Shown here one piece after another: positions 6,752 through 14,724 of a stretch of DNA of 14,724 bases (position 1 is its first letter; the number at the start of each line of letters is the position of its first letter). The position numbers were made by a program, and so were the translations under genes. The DNA is taken from assembly GCA_051382305.1 (NCBI GenBank), contig JBBCAV010000020.1, positions 1 through 14,724 of the forward strand. The letters run 5' to 3'. The notes under the pieces were generated by a model that did not search any database, was not told where the DNA came from, and saw only the letters and a program-made list of their open reading frames with translations. This DNA comes from Bdellovibrionota bacterium FG-2. GTDB taxonomy: Bacteria; Bdellovibrionota; UBA1018.

Positions 6752-7384
6752 ATGGAAATCACCACCACCGCTTTAGTTGCTCTAGCTCTCAACTCTTTCC
6801 TCGCCACGTCCCTAACGGGACGCCCGCTCCCGCACCCCGGCGATCAACTCGACTTCAATCTCAAAACTCAAATCCAACAAAAAGCAAAAACCTGTGAAGC
6901 CGCTTTCGCGCTAAAGCTCGAAGCTAAACTTGAAAACCGAGAGAGTCTAGTTGTCACGTCAACGACGACTCAGACCGCAGGTCCTTCGGGCTGTGGCAAA
7001 CCCTCCAATGCGATCAAAGCCTGGCACTATCGCTCGATCGACAACGCCCTTACCATGGTTACGGAATGCAAGACATTAGACCCCTCGACTTGTGCAAGCC
7101 GCGATCCACTGCCTGAAGATCAGTGGCAGTCTCCTGAAACTCAAGAAGCGTGCAAATTTGTAGGAACCGAACCGCTCCTAGGCCCTGATGGCAAACTCAA
7201 CACTCATCGCTACCGTTGCGATAACTCCGCTTCAGTAGGCGGAGTGGCCCTCACGGATTTCTGGTTAGACGAATCCTACTATCCCGCTTACCCGATCATC
7301 AAGACTAGCGCGCAGATTGAAATTCCAAAATATGAAGTCAAGATGCACGTCGAGCAAGTCTTGAAGGCGATAAAACGGAATTAG
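6752..7384 (+). CDS. Hypothetical exported protein with six cysteines
   Basis: AAGGA RBS, hydrophobic N-terminus and beta-rich sequence. The VGTEPLLGPDGKLNTHRY...FWLD segment is reminiscent of DUF3108-like folds (weak). Confidence 0.7.
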   Translation: MEITTTALVALALNSFLATSLTGRPLPHPGDQLDFNLKTQIQQKAKTCEAAFALKLEAKLENRESLVVTSTTTQTAGPSGCGKPSNAIKAWHYRSIDNALTMVTECKTLDPSTCASRDPLPEDQWQSPETQEACKFVGTEPLLGPDGKLNTHRYRCDNSASVGGVALTDFWLDESYYPAYPIIKTSAQIEIPKYEVKMHVEQVLKAIKRN

Positions 7385-7389
7385 TTCCT

Positions 7390-8055
7390 CTACGGACTCC
7401 AAAACAACTTATAATAAATCCACTTCCAGTATTCATCCATCGTCACGCGGATTCCGTGGACACTGAACCGCCACTCCCCTGATTCAAACGGGTCTTGGTA
7501 GACAGACTGCGTTTCGATATGAATCCCCGGGAGCCTGCGCTCGAAAACATAGCGCGCCCTTTTCATATGATAGGGCGAGGTCATGAGCAATATGCGCGTC
7601 CAGCCACGATCTTTGGCATATCGGGCGAAATATTGAGCATTCGCATCAGTGTTGCCACTCTCCGTCTCCAAAACGACGTTTTCAGGCTTAAGCTCCGAGA
7701 ACACCCCTCGACGAATTTGCCGAGAGAGCACCGCCCAATTAGACTGATGCCCCATCCCCGAAATAAAAAGAATGGGCTTGATCGGCGCCTCTGCGGTCTC
7801 CCGATACCGATACCAAACATCCCCCGCGGCAGAAATTCGCCCCCGACCGCCAGCCAGAACAACGATGACATCGACCTGAGGGAGGTTCACCCCATCGACC
7901 GAATCTTGGTACTCGTAGATATCCCCCGCCAAAATAAAGGAAAAAATCCAAACCCCAAGCAAAGCCCCAAGAATCCCTACAACCGCCATAATCAGCGGTC
8001 TGCGGATCTTTTTCTTGAACAATCCCTGAAACTTGAGAAATTTGGCGTCTTTCAC
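7390..8055 (-). CDS. YdcF/DUF218 (ElyC/SanA-like) envelope protein
   Basis: N-terminal TM, DVIVVLAGGRGRI, LFISG, LETESGNTDANA, LLMTSPYHMKRA and EYWK motifs. Confidence 0.92.
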   Translation of the reverse strand: MKDAKFLKFQGLFKKKIRRPLIMAVVGILGALLGVWIFSFILAGDIYEYQDSVDGVNLPQVDVIVVLAGGRGRISAAGDVWYRYRETAEAPIKPILFISGMGHQSNWAVLSRQIRRGVFSELKPENVVLETESGNTDANAQYFARYAKDRGWTRILLMTSPYHMKRARYVFERRLPGIHIETQSVYQDPFESGEWRFSVHGIRVTMDEYWKWIYYKLFWSP

Positions 8056-8106
8056 AGAACCCTCGGCACGAGATCTACCTTAACGTGAGTGCCCCGTTTT
8101 TCCTAC

Positions 8107-8135
8107 TTGCAAAAATCAAACGATTACAATACGGT
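8107..8135 (+). promoter_or_regulatory. Putative sigma70 promoter of rpmB
   Basis: TTGCAA (8107-8112), 17 nt spacer, TACGGT (8130-8135), about 40 nt before the ATG. Confidence 0.4.
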
Positions 8136-8175
8136 AACCAAGCTCAGGATCATTTTCAAAGTAAAGGAAAGAGTT

Positions 8176-8400
8176 ATGTCGCGTAAGTGTGATATTTGTG
8201 CAAAAGGCCCCACCACTGGAAATCTCGTTTCCCATTCCAACATCAAGACTCGTACGCGTTGGCTCCCAAACGTCAAGAAGATGAAAGCCGTCGTTAAGGG
8301 CAACACCGAAACCGTTCGCGTTTGCACTCGCTGCATTCGTTCCGGCAAGATTCAAAGACCCGTCAAGCGCACGTATAAAGCTCCCGAAAAAACAGCTTAA
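8176..8400 (+). CDS. rpmB: 50S ribosomal protein L28 (Zn-ribbon, C+ form)
   Basis: [32 protein letters not shown]...[17 protein letters not shown] before ATG 8176; the ORF-track start at 8089 is an over-extension. Confidence 0.98.
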   Translation: MSRKCDICAKGPTTGNLVSHSNIKTRTRWLPNVKKMKAVVKGNTETVRVCTRCIRSGKIQRPVKRTYKAPEKTA

Positions 8401-8786
8401 ACGGCCACTGCCTCAATCTCAACTAAGACATCCTTAGGCAAGCGCGCCACTTCAACCGTGGATCGCGCAGGCGCAGGTGTCTTAAAATACTCTTCGTAGA
8501 TCGCATTGACTTTAGGGAAATCCCCCATCGATTTCAGGAAAATCGTCGTCTTTACGACCGTACCCAAACTCGATCCGCCAGCCTCCAGCACCGCTTGAAG
8601 GTTCGCCAAAACTTGGCGAGCCTGAGCTTCAACATTCTCAGCGCCCACCAAATCTCCCGTTTTCGGATCCAGCGGAATTTGCCCCGAACAAAACAACAAT
8701 CCCCCCGCCCGAATGGCCTGCGAATAAGGACCAATGGGCTTAGGGGCGTTCGGGGTCAAAATCGCCTGTTTCACTGGAAGGTTCAC
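8397..8786 (-). CDS. ridA: RidA/YjgF/UK114 reactive intermediate imine deaminase
   Basis: [41 protein letters not shown] (catalytic Arg) and VEIEA. The GTG start overlaps the maeB stop. Confidence 0.95.
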   Translation of the reverse strand: MNLPVKQAILTPNAPKPIGPYSQAIRAGGLLFCSGQIPLDPKTGDLVGAENVEAQARQVLANLQAVLEAGGSSLGTVVKTTIFLKSMGDFPKVNAIYEEYFKTPAPARSTVEVARLPKDVLVEIEAVAV

Positions 8787-11071
8787 AAATTCTTCCCTGA
8801 TTTCTGGAATTGAATTTCCATGGCGGTAATGGCGGCCATATTGACCACATCATTCACGTCAGAATTCTGCTGCAACACAAACACCGGTTTATTCATCCCA
8901 ACCAAGATCGGACCAATGGCCTCGGCCTGACCCAATCGCGCCATGAGTTTGTAAGCGATATTGCCCGACTGAAGATCTGGGAAGATCAAAATATTCGCAT
9001 CGCCTGGTACACCGTTGAAGGGGAAACTCTCCTTTGAAATCTCTGCCACTACGGCGGTGTCGGCCTGCATTTCGCCGTCAACTTTCAACTCCGGCTTACG
9101 CTTTTTGATGATCTCGGTTGCCTGTCGTACTTTTCGGGCAAGCGGATGATCGGTAGAACCAAAGTTTGAAAACGAAAGCATGGCAACTCGTGGCTCTTCA
9201 GTCGTAAATCGCTGAGCAAGTTGAGCAGTTTGAATCGCAATGTCCGCAAGTTCTTCGGCCGTAGGCTCAATATTGACCGTCGTATCAGAGAACCACAGCA
9301 CTCGCTTCTTGAGAATCATCATATAGATCCCGGCCAAACGAGAGCCCGGTTTTGCACCAATGACATGAATCGCAGGTCTGATCGTCTCAGGATAACTTTG
9401 AGAAATCCCCGCCAACAACCCGTCAGCGTGCCCTAACTCGACCATCATGGAGCCATAGTAGTTTCGGTGCGCCATCAAATCGCGCGCGGCTTCAAGGGAA
9501 ACACCTTTGCGCTTTCTTTTCTCGAAATAATGCTGAGCATACTCGTCACGACGCTCTGAATGCGTGGACCGAATAATTTGAACGCCTTTTAAAGCCTCCG
9601 TCAATCCGAGCTCCGCCATCCGAGCTCGGATCGTTTCCTCTTTGCCGAGCAAAATCGGTTCTGCAATCCCCTCTTCGCGAATCGTTTGAGCGGCACGCAA
9701 GATCTTTACATGATCGCCCTCTGGAAACACAATCGTCGGGACGTGTCCGGCTTCTTCCTGAGTGGACTTCACGCGTTTTTTAATCCCGCGCATCACCGAA
9801 TAAGTGGTTCCCAGCAAAGTCTCAAGCCGATCCTTGTAGGCCGCCATCTCAAATTTTTTGCGTGCGACCCCTGACTTCATTGCGGCTTCTGCCACTGCGG
9901 GCGCGACCCACAATAAAGCGCGGCGATCAAACGGTTTTGGAATCAAATACTCGCGTCCGAACTTGAATTGTTGCCCCCCATAAGCACGAGAGACACTCTC
10001 AGGTACATCTTCTTTTGCAAGTTGAGCCAGCGCACGCACGGCCGCCATCTTCATCTCTTCGTTAATCGCGGTAGACCTCGTATCGAGAGCGCCCCTGAAA
10101 ATGAAAGGGAAGCCAAGCACGTTGTTCACTTGGTTTGGATAATCCGAACGGCCGGTTGCCATAATGGCATCGGGACGAACTCTGAGCACATCTTCAGGCA
10201 AGACTTCCGGATCGGGATTCGCCATCGCAAACACGATCGGATCACGTGCCATTTTTTTGACCATTTCAGCAGAAATGCCGTCCTTCACCGAAACGCCGAC
10301 GAACGCATCCGCGCCATCCAAAGCCTCACTCACGGTCCGTTTAGACGTTTCAACCGCGAAACGTTCTTTGTACGGGTTCATTCCGTCTTTACGGCCCTTG
10401 TAGATAACGCCCTTGGAATCACACATGATGAGATTTTCGCGACGTACACCCAAGGTAACGTAGAGGTTCGCGCAGGCAATGGCCGCGGCCCCGCCCCCAC
10501 AAAATACGACCCGGACTTTCGTAATGTCTTTTTTTACAACCTCTAAGGCATTAAGGAATGCGGCCGCGCTAATGACCGCCGTCCCATGTTGATCGTCGTG
10601 AAAAACTGGAATTTTCAGCTTCTTTTTGAGTTCTTCTTCAATATAGAAACACTCGGGCGCCTTGATGTCTTCGAGATTAATTGCGCCAAAAGTAGGTTCC
10701 AAGAGTTCGCAGGCGCGAATGACATCATTAGGGTCTTTGGCATTGAGTTCGATGTCGAAGACATCGATATCGGCAAATTTCTTAAAAAGAATACCTTTGC
10801 CTTCCATCACGGGTTTTGCGGCGTGGGGTCCAATATTGCCCAAGCCCAACACCGCGGTCCCGTTTGAAACAACGGCAACGAGGTTGCCCTTAGCGGTGTA
10901 CTCATAGACAAGCTCTTCTTTTTCATGAATCATCCGGCAGGGTTCGGCCACACCCGGAGAGTAGGCCAGCGAAAGATCATGCTGGGTGGAGCAAGGTTTT
11001 GACGAAATAACCTCAATTTTCCCTTTGCGACCGCGAGCGTGGTACTCTAGTGATTCTTCATAGATTGTCAT
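8783..11071 (-). CDS. maeB: NADP-dependent malic enzyme with C-terminal phosphotransacetylase-like domain
   Basis: [54 protein letters not shown], then a PTA-like domain ([37 protein letters not shown]). ATG 11071 follows a GAGGG RBS (762 aa). Confidence 0.97.
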   Translation of the reverse strand: MTIYEESLEYHARGRKGKIEVISSKPCSTQHDLSLAYSPGVAEPCRMIHEKEELVYEYTAKGNLVAVVSNGTAVLGLGNIGPHAAKPVMEGKGILFKKFADIDVFDIELNAKDPNDVIRACELLEPTFGAINLEDIKAPECFYIEEELKKKLKIPVFHDDQHGTAVISAAAFLNALEVVKKDITKVRVVFCGGGAAAIACANLYVTLGVRRENLIMCDSKGVIYKGRKDGMNPYKERFAVETSKRTVSEALDGADAFVGVSVKDGISAEMVKKMARDPIVFAMANPDPEVLPEDVLRVRPDAIMATGRSDYPNQVNNVLGFPFIFRGALDTRSTAINEEMKMAAVRALAQLAKEDVPESVSRAYGGQQFKFGREYLIPKPFDRRALLWVAPAVAEAAMKSGVARKKFEMAAYKDRLETLLGTTYSVMRGIKKRVKSTQEEAGHVPTIVFPEGDHVKILRAAQTIREEGIAEPILLGKEETIRARMAELGLTEALKGVQIIRSTHSERRDEYAQHYFEKRKRKGVSLEAARDLMAHRNYYGSMMVELGHADGLLAGISQSYPETIRPAIHVIGAKPGSRLAGIYMMILKKRVLWFSDTTVNIEPTAEELADIAIQTAQLAQRFTTEEPRVAMLSFSNFGSTDHPLARKVRQATEIIKKRKPELKVDGEMQADTAVVAEISKESFPFNGVPGDANILIFPDLQSGNIAYKLMARLGQAEAIGPILVGMNKPVFVLQQNSDVNDVVNMAAITAMEIQFQKSGKNL

Positions 11072-11191
11072 TTTTTTGTCCCTCATTAGTAGTCTTGTTA
11101 GCTCCCTGAACCTACACCCCAACCGCTCCACCTTCAAGTGTCCAAAAATTCTACTGGGAGGACGCTCCGGGGTATGGCAATCTTATAGAAA

Positions 11192-12490
11192 ATGGCGAAG
11201 CAAAAACGATCCAACTACCGACACCGTGCAATAAAAAAATCCCTTACCTCCGCCGCGCTCGCGACAGGAATCATTTTGTTTGCGCTCAAGAGCACAGACG
11301 CAAAAGCGGATTTCTTCTTACATCACTGGGAAAATCAACGCGAAACGGCAGATAGCTTTCGATTGTCTGCGGATTTTTCGTATTACTCGACCCACGCAGA
11401 TTATGACGCCGCCGGCACTCAACTCCTACCCGCAGGGCTTACGAACTACAGCCGCATCAACTCGGACGTTTCGGCGCGTTATGGGTTCACAGATCGCGTT
11501 TCAGCCTACGGCCGAATGAGTTGGGCTCGAATTGAGCTGCAACACGCCACGCGCCCCGGAAGCAGTTTCGGGTTCACTGATCAAAGTTTAGGGACCACGA
11601 TCAAGGTTTTTCAAAAAGGCAGAGGCTCAACTCTTGAACCACGCTTCGATCTTCAGTTCCAGGTCGATGTGCCCCTTTATAATAACACGGTCTCAGAAAC
11701 GAATCTGCTCCCTTATCTGGGCGATGGCTCAGTGGATTTCACGGCAGGCGCCTTCATGGTGCTGCCGCTTTGGCAGAAAAAAGGCAAAGAGATTACTAGC
11801 ACCTTAGGCGGCGCCTACACCTACCGAAGTGCGAACTTCTCGGCTGCGATCCCATGGTCGTGGACGTTACGATATAATACACCCACACAAGGATTCTTTA
11901 CCGCGGCTGGATTCAATGGACTTCAATCGCTCAAAACTGATCCGAATGCACTCCATGTTTCAGGAACCAGCGGTAGCATCGGATCGGGCGGAAGCTTTAT
12001 CACCAACGCAGTCAACCCTTCGCTTCTCACCGTTTTTGCCCAAGCCGGATTTCGTTTGAGCCCTAAACTTGCCGTTACTATTGCGGGAGATCAATCGCTT
12101 TGGGGCCAGGCTTCTCCCGTGGGTTTGAATCTCCTCGTGGGTCTCCAAGCTCGTTTAGGTGGACCTGATCCCAAGGATCCCTCTTATCTTGCGCCTAAAG
12201 ATTATGGCAAATCCAATCAAGGTTTCGTAAACTACACGCTCACCGCTAAAGTTATCCGATCCAATGACCGAATGAACCTCCTTAAGATCGACAAGGGTTC
12301 AAGTGAGGGCGTTGAAGTGGGACAGACGTTCGATATTTTCAAAGTAAAAACTGATGGCAGCGTAGATGAAGCCGTCGCTCGGGCACGTGTCACCCATGTT
12401 CGGGCCGACGAATCCGCACTGAGTGTGGATGAATATTTCAAAGAAGTTTGGATTGACGAAGGTTTTATTGCAAAACGACCGATTCCCTAA
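11192..12490 (+). CDS. Putative outer-membrane beta-barrel protein with C-terminal FlgT_C-like domain
   Basis: Sec signal ending AKA, many amphipathic beta strands (DVSARYGFTDRVSAY, GFTDQSLG, LGDGSVDF, LGGAYTYR), a Pro-rich linker, then AKVI...IDKGSSEGVEVGQTFDIF...ARARVTHV. Confidence 0.7.
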   Translation: MAKQKRSNYRHRAIKKSLTSAALATGIILFALKSTDAKADFFLHHWENQRETADSFRLSADFSYYSTHADYDAAGTQLLPAGLTNYSRINSDVSARYGFTDRVSAYGRMSWARIELQHATRPGSSFGFTDQSLGTTIKVFQKGRGSTLEPRFDLQFQVDVPLYNNTVSETNLLPYLGDGSVDFTAGAFMVLPLWQKKGKEITSTLGGAYTYRSANFSAAIPWSWTLRYNTPTQGFFTAAGFNGLQSLKTDPNALHVSGTSGSIGSGGSFITNAVNPSLLTVFAQAGFRLSPKLAVTIAGDQSLWGQASPVGLNLLVGLQARLGGPDPKDPSYLAPKDYGKSNQGFVNYTLTAKVIRSNDRMNLLKIDKGSSEGVEVGQTFDIFKVKTDGSVDEAVARARVTHVRADESALSVDEYFKEVWIDEGFIAKRPIP

Positions 12491-12510
12491 GGCCTCAAGG
12501 AGAGAGAAAA

Positions 12511-13260
12511 ATGAAGATGAAAAATTTGGCGCTCGTGAGTTTGCTCGGACTTGGAATTTTCGGACTGTCAGGACTTTTTCCAGCCAGCAGTTTTGCCGCA
12601 AAGTTTGCGAACCAGTTCACGGAGTTCGAACTCCCGCCTCAGTGGCAATGCAACCTTGAAGGCGCCGAGTGGGTTTGCCAAAACACGAACGAATTGAAGA
12701 AGAAAGACGCGATTATCGTTCTGGCGGCAAAACTGAAAGGCGAGCAAGATAGCCTCGATCAGTATCTGACTTATCTTAAAGCCGCTAAAAGCTTTACTTC
12801 GGTTCAAGGGAAACCGGTAAAATCGGAACCTCGTTACGCGAAAACCATTAACCTCAGCGGACAGGCGTGGGTGGATTCACTCCATTTAGAATCAGAAATC
12901 CCAGGATTTTACACTCGCTACCTCGCGACGATCAAACAAGATATCGGCGTGCTCGTCACTTATTCCATCAACAAGGCCAAATATCAGCAATATTTGGACG
13001 ATTTTGAAAACATGGTCAAAACACTGAAGGTTTTTAGAAAAGCCGGCGGAATCAATGTCGCCCCTGCCAACACGAATCTCTTTCAAAATGCGCAGATTCC
13101 GCAAGGTGTTTCTGAAGGAACGGTCTTCTCGGGTGCCGCGCCTGCAGGTGGCGGAGAAGGTGAACAGCCCAAGAAAAAAGAAGAGCTCCCCCTCTCCTAC
13201 ATTCTCGTAGGAGCAGGTGCGCTGGTACTGCTGCTGATCATGCGTAAAAAGAAGGGCTAA
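12511..13260 (+). CDS. Hypothetical exported protein with PsbP/Mog1-like pattern and C-terminal membrane anchor
   Basis: AAGGAG RBS, signal peptide ending SFA, FELPPQW at the start and FENMVKTLKV at the end of the domain, a Gly/Ala/Pro linker, a TM helix and an RKKKG tail. Confidence 0.75.
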   Translation: MKMKNLALVSLLGLGIFGLSGLFPASSFAAKFANQFTEFELPPQWQCNLEGAEWVCQNTNELKKKDAIIVLAAKLKGEQDSLDQYLTYLKAAKSFTSVQGKPVKSEPRYAKTINLSGQAWVDSLHLESEIPGFYTRYLATIKQDIGVLVTYSINKAKYQQYLDDFENMVKTLKVFRKAGGINVAPANTNLFQNAQIPQGVSEGTVFSGAAPAGGGEGEQPKKKEELPLSYILVGAGALVLLLIMRKKKG

Positions 13261-13262
13261 TC

Positions 13263-13278
13263 CGGCACGACAATTGCT
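13263..13278 (+). promoter_or_regulatory. Putative sigma54 (-24/-12) promoter
   Basis: CGGCACG-ACAA-TTGCT, with GG at 13264-65 and GC at 13276-77 exactly 10 nt apart. One mismatch to TGGCACG-N4-TTGCW, in an intergenic position. Confidence 0.6.
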
Positions 13279-13291
13279 TCTCCGTTTCCGC

Positions 13292-13897
13292 ATGAAAACA
13301 CGAATTCTCGTTGGCCTAGCTGTGCTTTTAACGCTGTCACTTGGTTGCGCCACTCCCGGCAAGCGGACCGCTATCGGGGCCGGTGCTGGCGCCGCGGGGG
13401 GCGCAGCAGTGGGCGCGATTGCAGGGGGCACCAAGGGCGCACTAATCGGTGCCGCATCAGGCGCGGTGCTGGGCGGAGTTATAGGAAACTCCATGGATAG
13501 GCAGGCTCAAGAACTCGAGAAAGTCGCGCAAACAAAACGAACGGAAGACGGCATCTTGGTCAATTTGAAGAACGACCTTCTCTTTGACAGCGGCAGCGCC
13601 GCACTTAAACCTCAGGCCATCGCAAATCTCAATGCCCTGGGAGATATTCTTGCAAAATATCCCGACAACAAAATTCGGGTAGAAGGCTATACCGACGACG
13701 TAGGCACAACGACCTTTAATGAAGACCTTTCAAAACGCAGGGCCGAAGCTGTCAGAGAATTACTCACCTCTCGAGGCGTCAGAGCGGATCAAATGGTAGC
13801 ACTGGGCCAAGGAAAGAACTCGCCCATCGCTTCAAATGACACGCCCGAGGGGCGCTCGCGCAATCGACGAGTCGAATTGCATATTGAAGAGTCTTAA
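13292..13897 (+). CDS. OmpA-family lipoprotein with glycine zipper (YiaD-like)
   Basis: Lipobox SLGC (Cys19 from ATG 13292), GxxxG glycine zipper, MDRQAQEL, LLFDSGSA, VEGYTD, NEDLSKRRAEAV and GRSRNRRVE. Confidence 0.95.
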   Translation: MKTRILVGLAVLLTLSLGCATPGKRTAIGAGAGAAGGAAVGAIAGGTKGALIGAASGAVLGGVIGNSMDRQAQELEKVAQTKRTEDGILVNLKNDLLFDSGSAALKPQAIANLNALGDILAKYPDNKIRVEGYTDDVGTTTFNEDLSKRRAEAVRELLTSRGVRADQMVALGQGKNSPIASNDTPEGRSRNRRVELHIEES

Positions 13898-14724
13898 TAC
13901 CGCAGCGCGAACCCTCGCTTTTTCCGCGTCTTCGCACGCGCCCCCTTCTTGCGCTTTGCTTTTCGCAGAATCGTTTTCGGAAACGCAGTCGTCTTTGTAA
14001 GCCGTACCTCTCGCGTCGCACCTGAATGCTTCGCGCCCGCCGAGGTTAACGAGGCCCGTACATAATCAATCACGCGCCCGTCTTTCTCAAAAGAATCCCG
14101 TGTCAGACGAATGAGTTTCGCGCGCTCAAGATCCTTCAACAATTCTTCAAATTCGTTGCGTTTGACCTGAGAATTCTTCTCGCCGAACGCCGCTTGAAAT
14201 AGCCGCCCAGTCGCCATGTCATCGGACCCACGCAGAGCCCCCCTAATTTGCTCAATCGCCACCGCGTCTTTATCCGTCATGATCCGAGACGTTTTGAGTA
14301 CAGCACGCTCGGGGGCGCAAGCGTCACAGATTCCACAACTCACACCGCAGTCCGCTTGATCCCCAAAGTGGCGAATCAGCTGGATCATGCGACAACCCGA
14401 CGAGCCCGCAAATTGAATCGTTTTGTTGAGCTGATTCAACTTATGCGCGCGCTGAACCGTATAAGTCTTCTGCCACTCAACGCAAGTGCCCCGCATGAGC
14501 TCGCCGCCAGACCCCAAAGTCACGGCTCCATGAATCTGTAATTTTTGAAGGGCCTTTTCCACTACACCCCGCTCCAAACACCCGATAGCAGCTCGCCCAC
14601 ATAATTCTTCAAGACTTTCTGCGGGCAAGGCCGTATGCACCTTCTTCAAAACCGACACCTCAGGATAATCCCGCTCATGGAAAAACTCGTGCGTTCGACG
14701 ATCCGCAAAAGAATACAACAGAAT
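13894..14724 (-). CDS. RecQ-family ATP-dependent DNA helicase, C-terminal part (5' end beyond the window)
   Basis: The frame is open at the edge (ILLYSFADR, the end of the helicase C domain). RecQ Zn motif CRMIQLIRHFGD...CGICDAC, a winged-helix-like segment and a basic tail follow. Confidence 0.88.
   Translation of the reverse strand: MLLYSFADRRTHEFFHERDYPEVSVLKKVHTALPAESLEELCGRAAIGCLERGVVEKALQKLQIHGAVTLGSGGELMRGTCVEWQKTYTVQRAHKLNQLNKTIQFAGSSGCRMIQLIRHFGDQADCGVSCGICDACAPERAVLKTSRIMTDKDAVAIEQIRGALRGSDDMATGRLFQAAFGEKNSQVKRNEFEELLKDLERAKLIRLTRDSFEKDGRVIDYVRASLTSAGAKHSGATREVRLTKTTAFPKTILRKAKRKKGARAKTRKKRGFALRY

Noticed and set aside
7495..8088. 197-aa plus-strand ORF
   Set aside because: Antisense shadow of the well-supported DUF218 gene, with no recognisable motifs.
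8089..8175. N-terminal extension of L28
   Set aside because: The family starts at MSRKC, ATG 8176 has an RBS, and the extension covers the likely promoter.
9605..9630. TCCGAGCTC direct repeat and palindrome
   Set aside because: Short, inside the maeB coding sequence, and plausibly chance.
9968..10546. 192-aa plus-strand ORF
   Set aside because: Antisense shadow of maeB.
11072..11137. N-terminal extension of MaeB
   Set aside because: ATG 11071 has a GAGGG RBS and matches the family start (EESLEYH).
12892..13494. 200-aa Pro/Ala-rich minus-strand ORF and GC-rich quasi-repeats
   Set aside because: Mirror image of the glycine-zipper codons of the OmpA lipoprotein. It is not a gene, a repeat array or a CRISPR.
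1..14724. tRNA, rRNA, CRISPR array, prophage or IS
   Set aside because: No cloverleaf, regularly spaced repeats, or phage/transposase motifs seen. Nearly all sequence is accounted for by CDSs.

Overview
A gene-dense bacterial chromosomal window with about 20 CDSs, two of them cut by the window edges. I saw no rRNA, tRNA, CRISPR array, transposase or integrase. From left to right: a minus-strand operon in which an MNT-HEPN (MntA/HepT-type) toxin-antitoxin pair sits directly in front of a thiamine ABC transporter (thiB, then the start of a probable permease); two small hypothetical genes; an MBL-fold hydrolase; a secreted SRPBCC/START protein; an EI24/CysZ-like membrane protein; a Cys-rich lipoprotein; rdgB; a secreted hypothetical; a YdcF/DUF218 protein; rpmB; a maeB-ridA pair; a three-gene envelope cluster (beta-barrel with an FlgT_C-like tail, a C-terminally anchored exported protein, an OmpA lipoprotein); and the 3' end of a RecQ-family helicase. 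The gene content suggests a Bdellovibrionota/deltaproteobacteria-like organism, but this is inference only. Most of the window is housekeeping. The best leads are the TA pair heading the thiamine-uptake operon with no visible TPP riboswitch, the envelope cluster, two small possible nucleic-acid-binding proteins, and several alternative-sigma or leaderless promoter signatures. All family calls come from recognising motifs by eye; no searches were run.
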